DNA of 64,000 nt, taken from NCBI GenBank assembly GCA_044342325.1, contig JBIIPZ010000010.1:16540-80539 (forward strand), written 5' to 3'. The translations under genes and the position numbers were made by a program. This stretch comes from Terrimicrobiaceae bacterium (GTDB lineage: Bacteria; Verrucomicrobiota; Verrucomicrobiia; Chthoniobacterales; Terrimicrobiaceae). Positions 1-9,716 of the stretch are shown here, piece by piece (the stretch's first letter is position 1; every line of letters starts with the position of its first letter). The notes under the pieces are model-generated. The model was given only the letters and a program-made list of their open reading frames with translations, was not told the origin of the DNA and made no database searches.

Positions 1-504
1 GAGTGCGGAGAGATCCCCGACGTAGCGTTGCTCCAGCCAGTTCCGCCAAAAGGTAAGCGCCGCCTCGCTGCGAATCCCGCTCTCGAACGGTTCGTTCCAT
101 AATACCCACTGACCGAGCGCCGGATGAGAAGCGTAGCGGCTGGCGCATTGGCGCACATAAACCGCTGCGGCCTCTTTCTGCGCGGAGGTCAGAAAACCGG
201 AGTGCGTGCTCAAGACGCTGGGAATCCCGATGTGGCTCGGCCCCGAGTTGGCCGTAAGGGTTGCCTTGATCTTGATCCCGTGCCGCGCGGCGGCATCGAA
301 GGCGCTGTCGTAAAGACCAAAGTCCCATTGACCGGGCTCGGGCTCCATCCAGGGCCACATGACGAAAAGGCGAACCCAACCGAAGCCGGTCTCTGCAGCT
401 AGCCGAAAGAGATCATCCACGCGCGCCGGATCATCGTGCTGCTCGAGCCAGATCTGGGTGCCGAGCAGGGCGCGGGCTGGATGGGAAGGATTGGTAGTAT
501 TCAT
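1..504 (-). CDS. Clan GH-A glycoside hydrolase (GH42/beta-galactosidase-like), 5' part; continues beyond window start
   Basis: Manual translation from ATG at 504 (ATGA overlap with stop of the upstream gene): MNTTNPSHPARALLGTQIWLE...GFGWVRLFVMWPWMEPEPGQWDFGLYDSAFDAAARHGIKI...WVLWNEP; NEP acid/base motif. Confidence 0.75.
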   Translation of the reverse strand, partial: MNTTNPSHPARALLGTQIWLEQHDDPARVDDLFRLAAETGFGWVRLFVMWPWMEPEPGQWDFGLYDSAFDAAARHGIKIKATLTANSGPSHIGIPSVLSTHSGFLTSAQKEAAAVYVRQCASRYASHPALGQWVLWNEPFESGIRSEAALTFWRNWLEQRYVGDLSAL

Positions 505-2039
505 TTTTCTGAGATGTTGAGGTTGTGTTCTGCGTGATACCGCGTCCAGATGTCCTTCCACTCCGCGTAATCCTGCTCGGTGAAGGCCTCGTAGCTCAGG
601 CTCCCCTCGCCGAACACGCCGTGGGTAAACCAGCTGGCCGGGATGCCGGTTTCGGGCGCGGCCCGGAGCATTTTCCGCCACTCGCCGATGTCATACATGC
701 ACCAGCCGTCGGTGTTGATGAGCCAGTCGGAGGATGCCTTCGCGATTGATGCCCGGTAGCGCATCTGCTCGACGAGCGTCGGGTTCTTGAATGCGTAGTC
801 GTTGAGTCGAAACACATCGACCACATCGGCAAAGTAAGGATGGCAGCAATGCGAAAGGATCATGGCATCCGGCTTTGCCGCCTTGGCGGCCTCATGAATC
901 AGGCGGACATACTCGTGGAGAAGCTCCATCCCCCATCTGCCGCCATCCGGACGGGTAGCGGCCCCGGCGGGCATTTCCGCCGTGAAATCCAGAAAGAAGC
1001 CGTCGAAGTCGTAGCCATCTGAGCTAATGAGCTGGGTCACATCCTCCTGGAGCTGTTTGCGAAAGGTCGGACTCTCGGGGTCGAGCGATAGGCGCTCCCC
1101 TTTGTCATTAAGGATGCACATGTGGGCCGGGGCTTGATCGTGCTTCCACATTCCGAGCCAGGCGACCACATGGCGTCCCGCCCGGTGGTGCCAATCCACA
1201 TATCCCCGGAAGTCGGGAAACTTGGCGGGATCCGGAAGAAGGCGGTGGCGGCTGAGTTGCCATTTGTCGCCCAGGCTGGCTACGCCGAGCGGAATCCCCT
1301 TTTCGTCGAGGCGTCCATACCAGCGCATCTCATTGGCCTGGGTGTCGTAGGACCCTATCTCGTCGGGAGTATTGTTCGCCATAACCCGGATACCACGCGC
1401 GTTGAGAAGATTACACTGCTCGCCCCACGCCTGTGAGAAAGGCCGCGTCCACCATGACGCCGGAGCGCGCTTGGGAGAGGGCGCCCATCCCTTTGCGCGC
1501 AGCCAGTTCGAGTAATCGGCAATCACCTCCTCGGGCTTGTCACGCGCCGCCTTGGGCACAAAGAGCGTGAAGAGATGCCCCTCCCCGTTCCACTGTCCCT
1601 CGTAGTAAATCTCCAGCGTGAATGCTCCCGGCGCGACGGGCCGGTAGGTCCAGCCCACATACTGATTGCGTCCCGGTTCCGCACCGAGACCGATGCCTAT
1701 CCATTTCCCTCCGCTGAGCATCGGAAAAATCAGGGGGGCCGGCGTGAAAAGCCATTGCTCGCCGAAGACCTGATCGCCGTGAGAGGAGCGTATTCCCTGG
1801 TGCGCCTGCAGCCAGCCGGGGATCCGGCGCAGATCGTTCATGTTGGGCGAGGCGGGGAAAATCTCATCGACCGACGCAAAGCCATCCACCTGCACAACCA
1901 CTTTGTTGAAGCGGTGCGCGACAGGCGTGCTGACCCGGATGCAAAGCGCCTCTGGATGTGTTTCGGTGAGAATTTCCAAGGCATGAGTTTGATCGGAAAC
2001 CAGACCTGTGGCGGAGAATGCGAGGTTTTGTTTGTTCAT
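501..2039 (-). CDS. Clan GH-D-like (GH31/GH36-type) TIM-barrel glycoside hydrolase
   Basis: 512-aa ORF; PDPAKFPDFRGYVDWHH, LDPESP, DFDGFFLDF (nucleophile Asp) and FRLND motifs. Confidence 0.65.
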   Translation of the reverse strand: MNKQNLAFSATGLVSDQTHALEILTETHPEALCIRVSTPVAHRFNKVVVQVDGFASVDEIFPASPNMNDLRRIPGWLQAHQGIRSSHGDQVFGEQWLFTPAPLIFPMLSGGKWIGIGLGAEPGRNQYVGWTYRPVAPGAFTLEIYYEGQWNGEGHLFTLFVPKAARDKPEEVIADYSNWLRAKGWAPSPKRAPASWWTRPFSQAWGEQCNLLNARGIRVMANNTPDEIGSYDTQANEMRWYGRLDEKGIPLGVASLGDKWQLSRHRLLPDPAKFPDFRGYVDWHHRAGRHVVAWLGMWKHDQAPAHMCILNDKGERLSLDPESPTFRKQLQEDVTQLISSDGYDFDGFFLDFTAEMPAGAATRPDGGRWGMELLHEYVRLIHEAAKAAKPDAMILSHCCHPYFADVVDVFRLNDYAFKNPTLVEQMRYRASIAKASSDWLINTDGWCMYDIGEWRKMLRAAPETGIPASWFTHGVFGEGSLSYEAFTEQDYAEWKDIWTRYHAEHNLNISEK

Positions 2040-2122
2040 TGAAAGTTTCCTCCTTATCGCGGAAGGGAGCAGAGAGGAGTAAATTTATACATTATTATAA
2101 AAAAACGAAGGTATGGTTATTT

Positions 2123-3754
2123 TTAAAATTTGGCAATGAGTTTTCCAGAACGCGTCGCCCTCAGACTCTCGCGAAGAAAAATTTCCACCGGAGGTTTCTC
2201 CGGGAAAAGCCTCATCAAGCGGGCTGTGGTCTGCTCGATGCGCTCCAAGGAGGCATTGTAGAATTCGCGGCAATTGTGGAAGTGCGAAGAGTGACCGCCC
2301 AGATTGAGGTCGATGCCGAGGGGAATCACATTGCGGTAGGCCTGCGCATGGCCTTCCTCCGTTCCGGGAATACTGTGGTTTGCACCGGGCATTTGAAGGG
2401 AATCGGCCTCGCCGCGCGTCTGAATGGAGTCGCCCGAGAGAAGAACTCTACGCCCGTTCCAATCCAGCCAGTAACCGGCGTGCACCAGGCAATGACCGGG
2501 CAGATGCACCGTGTGGATCACAGTTCCATGCCAGACCAGCGGGCTTTGGCGCGTCAATTTGAGATCTACCGGACACGCCTTCCAACCGACATCATACCAT
2601 GGCAGGAGTGCGGGATAGGGATAGTCTTCCGGGTGCTCGATCACATCGGCGACAGGGCCCCAGGCTCCAAGTCGGCACTCCGGATAGCGCTGTTGCACCT
2701 CGGGCCAGAGATCGTAGTGGTCGCCGTGGAAATGAGTGACCAGCACAAGATCGATGGCTTTAAGGCCGGCTTCGGTCTCGAATTTTTCGAGGTCGGCGAC
2801 AAAATCCTCCTTCCGCGAGGGGTTGCCGAAATCGCACGGGCCGGGATCGACCAGAAGCCCTAATCCCTCCGAATTGATGATGAGGATGGTGTTGCCGAAA
2901 TTCGTGATCTGATAGACCGAGTCTCCATGGTCGTGGTAGCGGCCGAGTCGCGCAGGTTCCTTTTGCGGGAACGCTACCGGCGGAGCCTGGGTGAAGTTCA
3001 GAAAATCGCCGACGCGCACCGCCAGCGGGTTGAGCAGGAAAGCAGGGGCCTCCACGGGACCACCGGTTGAAGGAAACATCCATGCGGGTTTGAGCGCCGC
3101 CGCCTCGCGCAGGGTGGAGGCGATGCGCTCCCAAGGCAGGCCGGCGTAGTTGGACTCGAAGCCGTGCGCATCGGGCAGGTAGCACGAGGCCTCGACGAGA
3201 TCGCCGGAAAACAAGGCCATCGTCTCCTCTCCCCGCTCGAGGGCGAAGCCGACGGAGTAGAAATTCCTGACTGAGAAATCCAGCACGCGGAAGCGGAAGC
3301 CGCGCCACTCCAGGAAGTCTCCGGCTTTGAATGTCTGAAACCCCGAAAGCGGCCTGGAAAGAGGCTGCACGATGAGACTACCCGCGACCCCATAGGTCTC
3401 GCGGCCGAAGGTTACCATCCACTCCTCGGGATGTTCCCAAGTGGTGCGGGATTTTTTCCAATAATCTTCGGAAACCTTGGCCACCTCGGCAAACGAGGCA
3501 GGCAGACGGATTAGGGATTCAAAGTCACTTCCCTCAGAGGCCAGCGCGTCATCCACCTGCGTGTGCCAGATTTCCTCCGGCACGGGATGCCCTGCGGCAA
3601 GGATCGCCGAAGGCTCAAGGCCCGTGATGCAGTTCACCAGCAGGCTGGCGCCCCCGGATACAAGCAGATGGCAGGATTTGCCCCCGTTGGAAATAGTCAC
3701 CACGGAGAGATCCGGAGCCACTGCGAGGGTGCTAGAGAAGATGGTTTCACTCAT
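2123..3754 (-). CDS. MBL-fold metallo-hydrolase, tandem domain with degenerate N-terminal copy
   Basis: LLVDPG, THFHGDH, PGH and LLSGD motifs in the C-terminal half; HTQVDD/FSGD remnants in the N-terminal half. Confidence 0.8.
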   Translation of the reverse strand: MSETIFSSTLAVAPDLSVVTISNGGKSCHLLVSGGASLLVNCITGLEPSAILAAGHPVPEEIWHTQVDDALASEGSDFESLIRLPASFAEVAKVSEDYWKKSRTTWEHPEEWMVTFGRETYGVAGSLIVQPLSRPLSGFQTFKAGDFLEWRGFRFRVLDFSVRNFYSVGFALERGEETMALFSGDLVEASCYLPDAHGFESNYAGLPWERIASTLREAAALKPAWMFPSTGGPVEAPAFLLNPLAVRVGDFLNFTQAPPVAFPQKEPARLGRYHDHGDSVYQITNFGNTILIINSEGLGLLVDPGPCDFGNPSRKEDFVADLEKFETEAGLKAIDLVLVTHFHGDHYDLWPEVQQRYPECRLGAWGPVADVIEHPEDYPYPALLPWYDVGWKACPVDLKLTRQSPLVWHGTVIHTVHLPGHCLVHAGYWLDWNGRRVLLSGDSIQTRGEADSLQMPGANHSIPGTEEGHAQAYRNVIPLGIDLNLGGHSSHFHNCREFYNASLERIEQTTARLMRLFPEKPPVEIFLRESLRATRSGKLIAKF

Positions 3755-5852
3755 GAAGTCTCTCCTTGAGCCAGAGGATCGAAGTGACGCCCCTTGGATA
3801 GTATTTGCTGCCCTGAGCCCTGCCGCTCACGATCTGGTCGCTCCACGCCCAGTAGGTGTTCCTCGGATCGCGCAGCCAGGCTGCGTGGGTCCGGTCCGCC
3901 ACGGCGCCGGCCTTGCCCGGGCGTTCCCCAAGGATTTCCGAGGCGATGAACTGGCAGAGATAGACCTTGCTGAGCCACGAGTTGTTGCTGGTCGAGCTGA
4001 TCTTCCAGCCCCCGTCGGGAAACAGGCAGATTCCCTGCTTGAGCACGCCGCGCAGGTGGCGGCGCAGGGCGGCGATGAGGTCGCCGAATTCGCCGGCAGG
4101 CGAGAGGGCTTTCTTGAGGCCGAGGGCATGGGGAATGACGAGTCCCTCGATCGCCGGAATGATGCGGCTCTCCACATTCTCGTGAAGGACGGCCGGCAGC
4201 AGGCCGTTTTTGTCGGCGGAAGCGGTCACGGTTGCCGCCGCGCGGACGGCCTGTTCGCTGGCGATGGTGGAGCGTTTCTTGTCGCCGACAACGGCGAACA
4301 GGTCGGCCAATCCGACATAGCATCCCCAGCATTTCACGGCGAGGTAGAGGTTGTTTCGGGCCTGGCCGAGCGAGACATCGAGACTGTCGTAGGTCGTGAT
4401 CTCGCTACCGCCGGCGCAGCGCGAGCTGTCGAGCGACATCACGCCGTCGCGTTGGGCGGGATCGGGGTGGTCGCGGTTGAGCAGGCTGGTGAGGATTTTT
4501 TGGAATGTGGGGAGACTCTTTTTCCTCCAAGCCGTGTCGCCCGATTGCTTGGCATAGACGAGCGCGCAGACAAGCCAGTTCACCAACTCCTCGTGCGACA
4601 TGTGGGAGAAGCAGCCGTGCAGGCCGCTCTTCTCGTAGACCGAGCGACCGGCGGGCGTGAAATGGTTCGTATTGCCCATGTCGTGCGTGAAGGTGATGCC
4701 GCCCGGATATTCGGTGGCATCCCCCGGAAACCGCACGGTATCGGTGTAGGAGTAGCGCTGAAGGAACCAGTCGAGCTCGTTACGCACGGTCCAGGGGTTC
4801 ATCTCCATCTCGAAGAAAAGCTGGTCGATCGTGAGGTCGAGCGTGTTGATCATCCGGTATTCGCCCTCGTTCACCACCCAGAGCGGCTTGCCTCCGCATT
4901 CCAAGAACTGCGTGCTGCCGTAGTAGCTGTGAACGGCCTGGGCGAGCATGAAGGAACGGGCCTCGCCGAGCCTGGCCTTGGCCACCTTCTTGTCGAATGC
5001 GTCACCGCGTTTCTTGAGCGCGGCGAAGTTTCCAAGCGCATAGGCCGCGACGGATTCGAGTCCGTCAAAGTGGCGCGTGTAGTGGTAGCGGGTATCGAGC
5101 CCGGTGGTGGCCTGCCCCGTGCGATAAAAGCAAACGGCAAAACGGAAGGTCTGCTTTCTGCCGGGCTTCACCGGGCAGACCATGAGCCCGACGCTACCGA
5201 TCCCGAATCCTCGATTGAAAGGTTCGGTCTCCTCCAGAATGTGCTCGACGGTGAAGCCGAGGGCGGAGTGGACGCCGGGCGACTCGCTCGCGATGGCCAG
5301 CGTGTCGCCGCAGGCGAAGCCCACGATTTTTTCCGCGCCCTCGAGAAGGCGCATCCCGCGCACCGGGTCGTTGCCCTGGAATCCGAAGATCGCCCTGCGC
5401 TCCGACTTTGAGCGTGTGTTGTCCACGGTCAGTTCAACGGTCAGCGCGGGCACATAGGCCAGGCGAAGATCATTTGCCACAGCCTTTCCAGGCTCGGGCG
5501 CCGACATCACCGGAGTGTGGATGGTGAAAGTCAAATCCCCCGCGCTCCAAGTGTCGGAACCCGCCGAGAAGTCGCGCCGGATTTCCTTTTCAGCCCACGG
5601 ACGCGGAACCACGCGCTTTTGCACCGCCGCGGCCTCCACATCGAAGCGGGCGCTGTCATCCTCCGTGGTCTCCTGAAAAAACGGCAGGCAGGTGATGCTG
5701 TTTTCATCCGCAATGCCGATAAAGACATTCTGATCAGCCGGCTTGCCGAGTTCGAGGCCGAGTCCGCCCACGGCTCCCTTGGCCCCGAGGGTGAAGCTCG
5801 CAAATGAGCCAATCGGTGAATGCTGGGTGTTGAAGAAGATGTTTGTGTTCAT
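3747..5852 (-). CDS. Beta-xylosidase, glycoside hydrolase family 52
   Basis: N-terminus FFNTQHSPIGSFASFTLG, VNEGEYRMINTLDL, EITTYDSLDVSLGQAR and GSKYYPRGVTSILWL are characteristic of GH52. Confidence 0.93.
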   Translation of the reverse strand: MNTNIFFNTQHSPIGSFASFTLGAKGAVGGLGLELGKPADQNVFIGIADENSITCLPFFQETTEDDSARFDVEAAAVQKRVVPRPWAEKEIRRDFSAGSDTWSAGDLTFTIHTPVMSAPEPGKAVANDLRLAYVPALTVELTVDNTRSKSERRAIFGFQGNDPVRGMRLLEGAEKIVGFACGDTLAIASESPGVHSALGFTVEHILEETEPFNRGFGIGSVGLMVCPVKPGRKQTFRFAVCFYRTGQATTGLDTRYHYTRHFDGLESVAAYALGNFAALKKRGDAFDKKVAKARLGEARSFMLAQAVHSYYGSTQFLECGGKPLWVVNEGEYRMINTLDLTIDQLFFEMEMNPWTVRNELDWFLQRYSYTDTVRFPGDATEYPGGITFTHDMGNTNHFTPAGRSVYEKSGLHGCFSHMSHEELVNWLVCALVYAKQSGDTAWRKKSLPTFQKILTSLLNRDHPDPAQRDGVMSLDSSRCAGGSEITTYDSLDVSLGQARNNLYLAVKCWGCYVGLADLFAVVGDKKRSTIASEQAVRAAATVTASADKNGLLPAVLHENVESRIIPAIEGLVIPHALGLKKALSPAGEFGDLIAALRRHLRGVLKQGICLFPDGGWKISSTSNNSWLSKVYLCQFIASEILGERPGKAGAVADRTHAAWLRDPRNTYWAWSDQIVSGRAQGSKYYPRGVTSILWLKERLHE

Positions 5853-5892
5853 TTTATTTTTGGAAAACCGGAATGGTTGTCAGGAATGGAAT

Positions 5893-6054
5893 TTATTGGA
5901 TATAGGCCGTCGGCTTGGCGCCGCATTCCCGGACCCCACTGTGAATCCAAAGCACAGCAGGCGAAGGACTTTGGTCCTGATCGAGCAGATAAAGATCCAG
6001 AACCTGCGTCGGGCTGCCACCGGCGGGATAAGGATTATCATCAATGGCTCTCAT
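5893..6054 (-). pseudogene. Truncated alpha/beta-hydrolase (esterase) N-terminal remnant
   Basis: ATG at 6054 overlaps the upstream TGA; MRAIDDNPYPAGGSPTQVLDLYLL...PAVLWIHSG resembles the Y...Q.LDLYLP...P.VIWIHGG start of esterases, then stops after 53 aa. Confidence 0.6.
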
Positions 6055-6662
6055 GGCCTGGAAAAAAAACCGACACCGGCAACCTTCGAAGGAAGGTCGG
6101 ACAACATCACATGCCGCCATTCGCCCCTACGGTGGAAGCCGCAGACAATGTGCGGTGATGTGGTCGAGATGACTGGGCTTGGTGCTCCCGGCGTGTAATC
6201 GTAGCGACCAAAGGAGAGCAGCCACTCGAGATGGTCGCCGGGAAAGAGACCCTTGAGCGGAATCCTTGCCTCGACACTCCATCCCCCGAGAAGGATTGCT
6301 GTTTTGCTCGTGAAAAGCGGCTTGGCGACTGCGCGCTCCTCAAGGGTTTTCTTCACATCCGTTCCATCAAAATAAAGCTGGAGGATGCTGTTGGAGGGGG
6401 TCACATGGAGTTCGTAGTAGTCCTTAACGTCGGCGGGCCCGAGGAAAATCTCGAACGCGTCGCACTGCATGAAAGCCGGGAAATTGAGTGAAAAGACATC
6501 CTGCATCGGATGCGCATCGGTCAACTCCGCACGGATGAGGAGTTCGTTTCCCGAAAAGCCGAGTATGACCTGCCCCGGAGCGAAAGCGGGTTCGGGCTGC
6601 GGAAGCCAGGGCTGTGCGAAGGACCAGGCGTGTGTTCGGTTTTCCTTGGAGTCTTTTTTCAC
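6051..6662 (-). CDS. Carbohydrate-binding family 9-like (DOMON-like) protein
   Basis: DAFEIFL, YYELHVTPSN, GWSVEARIP and FGRYD motifs; GTG start at 6662 overlaps the upstream stop. Confidence 0.7.
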   Translation of the reverse strand: MKKDSKENRTHAWSFAQPWLPQPEPAFAPGQVILGFSGNELLIRAELTDAHPMQDVFSLNFPAFMQCDAFEIFLGPADVKDYYELHVTPSNSILQLYFDGTDVKKTLEERAVAKPLFTSKTAILLGGWSVEARIPLKGLFPGDHLEWLLSFGRYDYTPGAPSPVISTTSPHIVCGFHRRGEWRHVMLSDLPSKVAGVGFFSRP

Positions 6663-7309
6663 AGGCCAGCCGTCTTTTCCAGCCAGCATTTGGCCATGAG
6701 GTGATGACCCGCGGCGGAGGGATGCACCCCGTCGGCGGCCCAGTATTCCGGTGGCGCGAGTTTGACGGCCTCGTCGAACATCGATTGGAACGGCACCAGC
6801 ACCGCGCCGAATTCCTTGGCAAGTTTTGCGACCACCGCGCGGCGCTCATCGATCTCCTCGACCCAGTCGTCGCGGACCACGCCGCAGCGGAGCACAAACG
6901 GCTCGCAAAGGACGAACTTCACATTGGGCAAAGCTTCGCGAACCTCGTTGAGCAGGTCGCGATAGATGCGCTCATACTTCGGAATGGCAACGCCATTGCT
7001 CCAATCGGGATTCTTGCCGTGCCAAGTGTCGTTCACCCCGATGAGGATGCTGAGCAAATCGGGTTTGAGATTGAGTATGTCGCCCTGAATCCGGGCGTAG
7101 AGATCGACGACACGGTTACCGCTGATGCCACGGTTGAATACACGGAGGCTGTCTGCAGGCCTCGTGCTCAGGAGTTCCGCTGCGGCCATCATGGCGTATC
7201 CCTGGCCGAGTCCGCAGAGATCATTTACTTTTCCGGCTGCGTCGCGGTTGCGCCCGCAATCGGTTATGGAATCGCCTTGGAAGAGGATGGTGCTATTTTT
7301 TGGAATCAT
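6659..7309 (-). CDS. SGNH/GDSL hydrolase (acetylxylan esterase-like)
   Basis: FQGDSITD, NRGISGN, GVND and DGVHP blocks. Confidence 0.92.
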   Translation of the reverse strand: MIPKNSTILFQGDSITDCGRNRDAAGKVNDLCGLGQGYAMMAAAELLSTRPADSLRVFNRGISGNRVVDLYARIQGDILNLKPDLLSILIGVNDTWHGKNPDWSNGVAIPKYERIYRDLLNEVREALPNVKFVLCEPFVLRCGVVRDDWVEEIDERRAVVAKLAKEFGAVLVPFQSMFDEAVKLAPPEYWAADGVHPSAAGHHLMAKCWLEKTAGL

Positions 7310-8421
7310 GGTGTTGGTTTTTGAAAGAGTTCGCCTGGGTTGTCCTTGATCAACACGCCGGGGCCATGTCCTCCACGGTCGAGGATGAGTTCCTTGAGGG
7401 CGCCGGAGTCCATGACATTGTCTTTGATCACCACATTGCGCAGGCCCTCGGCAATGACCCCGTATTGGGGCGACCAGTTCTCCTCCCTACTGAAGCCGGT
7501 GCTGCCCTCGTTGTTCTCGTCATCGAGTCCGGCGACCATCGTGTTGCCGGTGACCGTCACACCGCGAGCGCCCGCGAGCACGATGTGGGCGCTGCAGTCC
7601 TCGCCGGGGCGATTCCAGATAGGGCGACCGCTGCGGTAGATCATATTGCCAGTGATGCTCGTGTAGCCGACGCGGCCGACGATGCGGTTGGTCACGACCG
7701 GATTGCCAGGCGTGGCCGCGAAGAGGATGCCTGGGCCGCTGCGGTCGATGTAGTTTCCGGTGATGTTGTAGTGGGAACCGTTGAGGATGCGCAGGCCGCC
7801 GAGTTGGTTCCACTCGATCCGGTTGCCGGTGATGGTGACGGCGTTGTTCTCGCCGATGCTCGCGTAGCCGGCACCGCCATTGAGCGAGAGCCAGTTGTCG
7901 AGGACGAATCCGTCCCAACCGCGAACCGAAAGGCCGTGGCCCTTGTTTTCGGAAAACATGTTGCCACGGACCCGGAAGCACCAGATCCGGCTCAGGCGAA
8001 CGCCGTCGCCGCTGAAACGCGAGACCTTGCATCCCTCGATGAGCGGGCTGTCCTCGGTGGTGCCGTAGTCGGGCTTGTCCACCAAGATGCCGTGCACGCC
8101 GTCGCCAAGATGCTGTCCATCGAGGCAGAGGCCATTGACCCGCGCGCCGATGGCGAGTGTGAGATCGAGCAGGCAATGGGCAGATGGGTCGATAAGCTTG
8201 AGCGTGGATCCTCCGTTTCCCTTCCATGCGTAGGCGGGCGAGCCGGTGATTGCGGTGTTGGGATGCACCTTCAGCCGTCCGACGCAATAGGTCCCCGGAG
8301 GAACCTCGACGGTCGCCTGACTCTCGGCGGCGAGATCAAGGAGCTTCTGGAAGACGGCTGTGTCGTCGGTCTTGCCGTCGCCCATGGCGCCGGCGGTTTT
8401 GACATTGAATCTGGTGGTCAT
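7306..8421 (-). CDS. Right-handed parallel beta-helix protein (pectate lyase 3/GH28-related N-terminus)
   Basis: FNVKTAGAMGDGKTDDTAVFQ start; repeated ITGN turns. Confidence 0.85.
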   Translation of the reverse strand: MTTRFNVKTAGAMGDGKTDDTAVFQKLLDLAAESQATVEVPPGTYCVGRLKVHPNTAITGSPAYAWKGNGGSTLKLIDPSAHCLLDLTLAIGARVNGLCLDGQHLGDGVHGILVDKPDYGTTEDSPLIEGCKVSRFSGDGVRLSRIWCFRVRGNMFSENKGHGLSVRGWDGFVLDNWLSLNGGAGYASIGENNAVTITGNRIEWNQLGGLRILNGSHYNITGNYIDRSGPGILFAATPGNPVVTNRIVGRVGYTSITGNMIYRSGRPIWNRPGEDCSAHIVLAGARGVTVTGNTMVAGLDDENNEGSTGFSREENWSPQYGVIAEGLRNVVIKDNVMDSGALKELILDRGGHGPGVLIKDNPGELFQKPTP

Positions 8422-8425
8422 GATT

Positions 8426-9697
8426 TCAGTGGACTATGTCCGAAGGGCAAGGGTCGTAGTGCGGATGAGGGGCGTTAGGGATGCGGAGTCCCCCGGTTTG
8501 GTAAACCACGGGGGCACCGTCGCATTCGATCTTCAGCGCAGGCCAGAGGCCGGTCTCGTCGGTTGCGGGCACATTCCCTATCTGAACGCGTGTGCCGCTC
8601 TGGGTAAAGGGCAGAGCCTCACCGTTGTCGAGGCGGCATACCGAAAGGACTTTGTTCTGCAGGCCGCCGAGGGTCGCTTTGTCGCCGGGTGAGCGACGCA
8701 GCAGCCAGAAGAGGGAATTACCCTTCACCGTCATCGGGCCGTGGAAATTCCAGTCGCCGCGATGGTCGCCGCGTTCCTGCAGGTTGAAGGTGAAAAGTTC
8801 GGTGCCGTAGATGGCCTCGCCGTTTTTGCGAAGCCATTCGCCAACGCGGTGCAGCACGCGGGTGCAGGGCTCGGGCACGATGCCGTCCGGCGTGGGGCCG
8901 ACATTGAACAGGAGGTTGCCGTTCCCTTGGGCGCAACGGGTGAGCATGTCGAGGACTTGCGACTCGGTTTTCCATTCGTGGTCGCCGGCATGGAAACTCC
9001 AGCTCTCGTTCATCGTCACGCAGGCTTCCCACGGACGCCACGGATGCGGCGCGCTGAGATGCTGCTCCGGTGTGGCGAAATCGCCCGGCAGGCCGTTGCG
9101 GCCGTTGAAGAGGATGTGCGGTTGGATTTCCCGCACCATGGCGTTCATCTTCTCCGCCTGCCATCCCTCGGCGTTGAACGGCCACCAGCCGTCATACCAG
9201 AGGATGTCGATCGGGTTGTAGCGGGTCACCAACTCGCGGATACGCGCATGCGTGGCGGAGATGAATTTTTCGTAGGAAGCAGAGTCCTCCAGCGCGGCGA
9301 CCGAGTCGGGCTGGTCATACCAGTTGTTGAGACTGTGGTAGAGGCCGACCTTGAGCCCGTGCTTGCGGGCGGCGGCGATGATCTCGGCGACCAGATCGCG
9401 TCCGGCGGCCCCGCTATTGCCGATGTGGAAATCGGAGAGCTCCGTCGGATAGAGCCGGAATCCCTCGTGGTGCATCGTCGTGAGCACCACATAGCGCATG
9501 CCGGCATCGACTGCCATGCGGCAGAGCTTGTCGGCGTCGAAATGTTTCGCCGTGAAGCGGGAGGCGAGTTGTTTGTATTCCTCCAGCGGAATCTCCTCAC
9601 GGTTCCAGACCCACTCCGCGCGTTCGAGCAGGGAGTAGAGGCCATAGTGAATGAAGAGCCCGTAGCGAGATTCGGTGAACCAGTTGTTTGATGTCAT
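8426..9697 (-). CDS. Alpha-L-fucosidase, GH29
   Basis: YGLFIHYGLYS, AGMRYVVLTTMHHEGF, ILWYDGWW, WEACVTMNESW and NLLFNVGP motifs. Confidence 0.92.
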   Translation of the reverse strand: MTSNNWFTESRYGLFIHYGLYSLLERAEWVWNREEIPLEEYKQLASRFTAKHFDADKLCRMAVDAGMRYVVLTTMHHEGFRLYPTELSDFHIGNSGAAGRDLVAEIIAAARKHGLKVGLYHSLNNWYDQPDSVAALEDSASYEKFISATHARIRELVTRYNPIDILWYDGWWPFNAEGWQAEKMNAMVREIQPHILFNGRNGLPGDFATPEQHLSAPHPWRPWEACVTMNESWSFHAGDHEWKTESQVLDMLTRCAQGNGNLLFNVGPTPDGIVPEPCTRVLHRVGEWLRKNGEAIYGTELFTFNLQERGDHRGDWNFHGPMTVKGNSLFWLLRRSPGDKATLGGLQNKVLSVCRLDNGEALPFTQSGTRVQIGNVPATDETGLWPALKIECDGAPVVYQTGGLRIPNAPHPHYDPCPSDIVH

Positions 9698-9716
9698 GTT
9701 GTTCAGAAACGTCGGC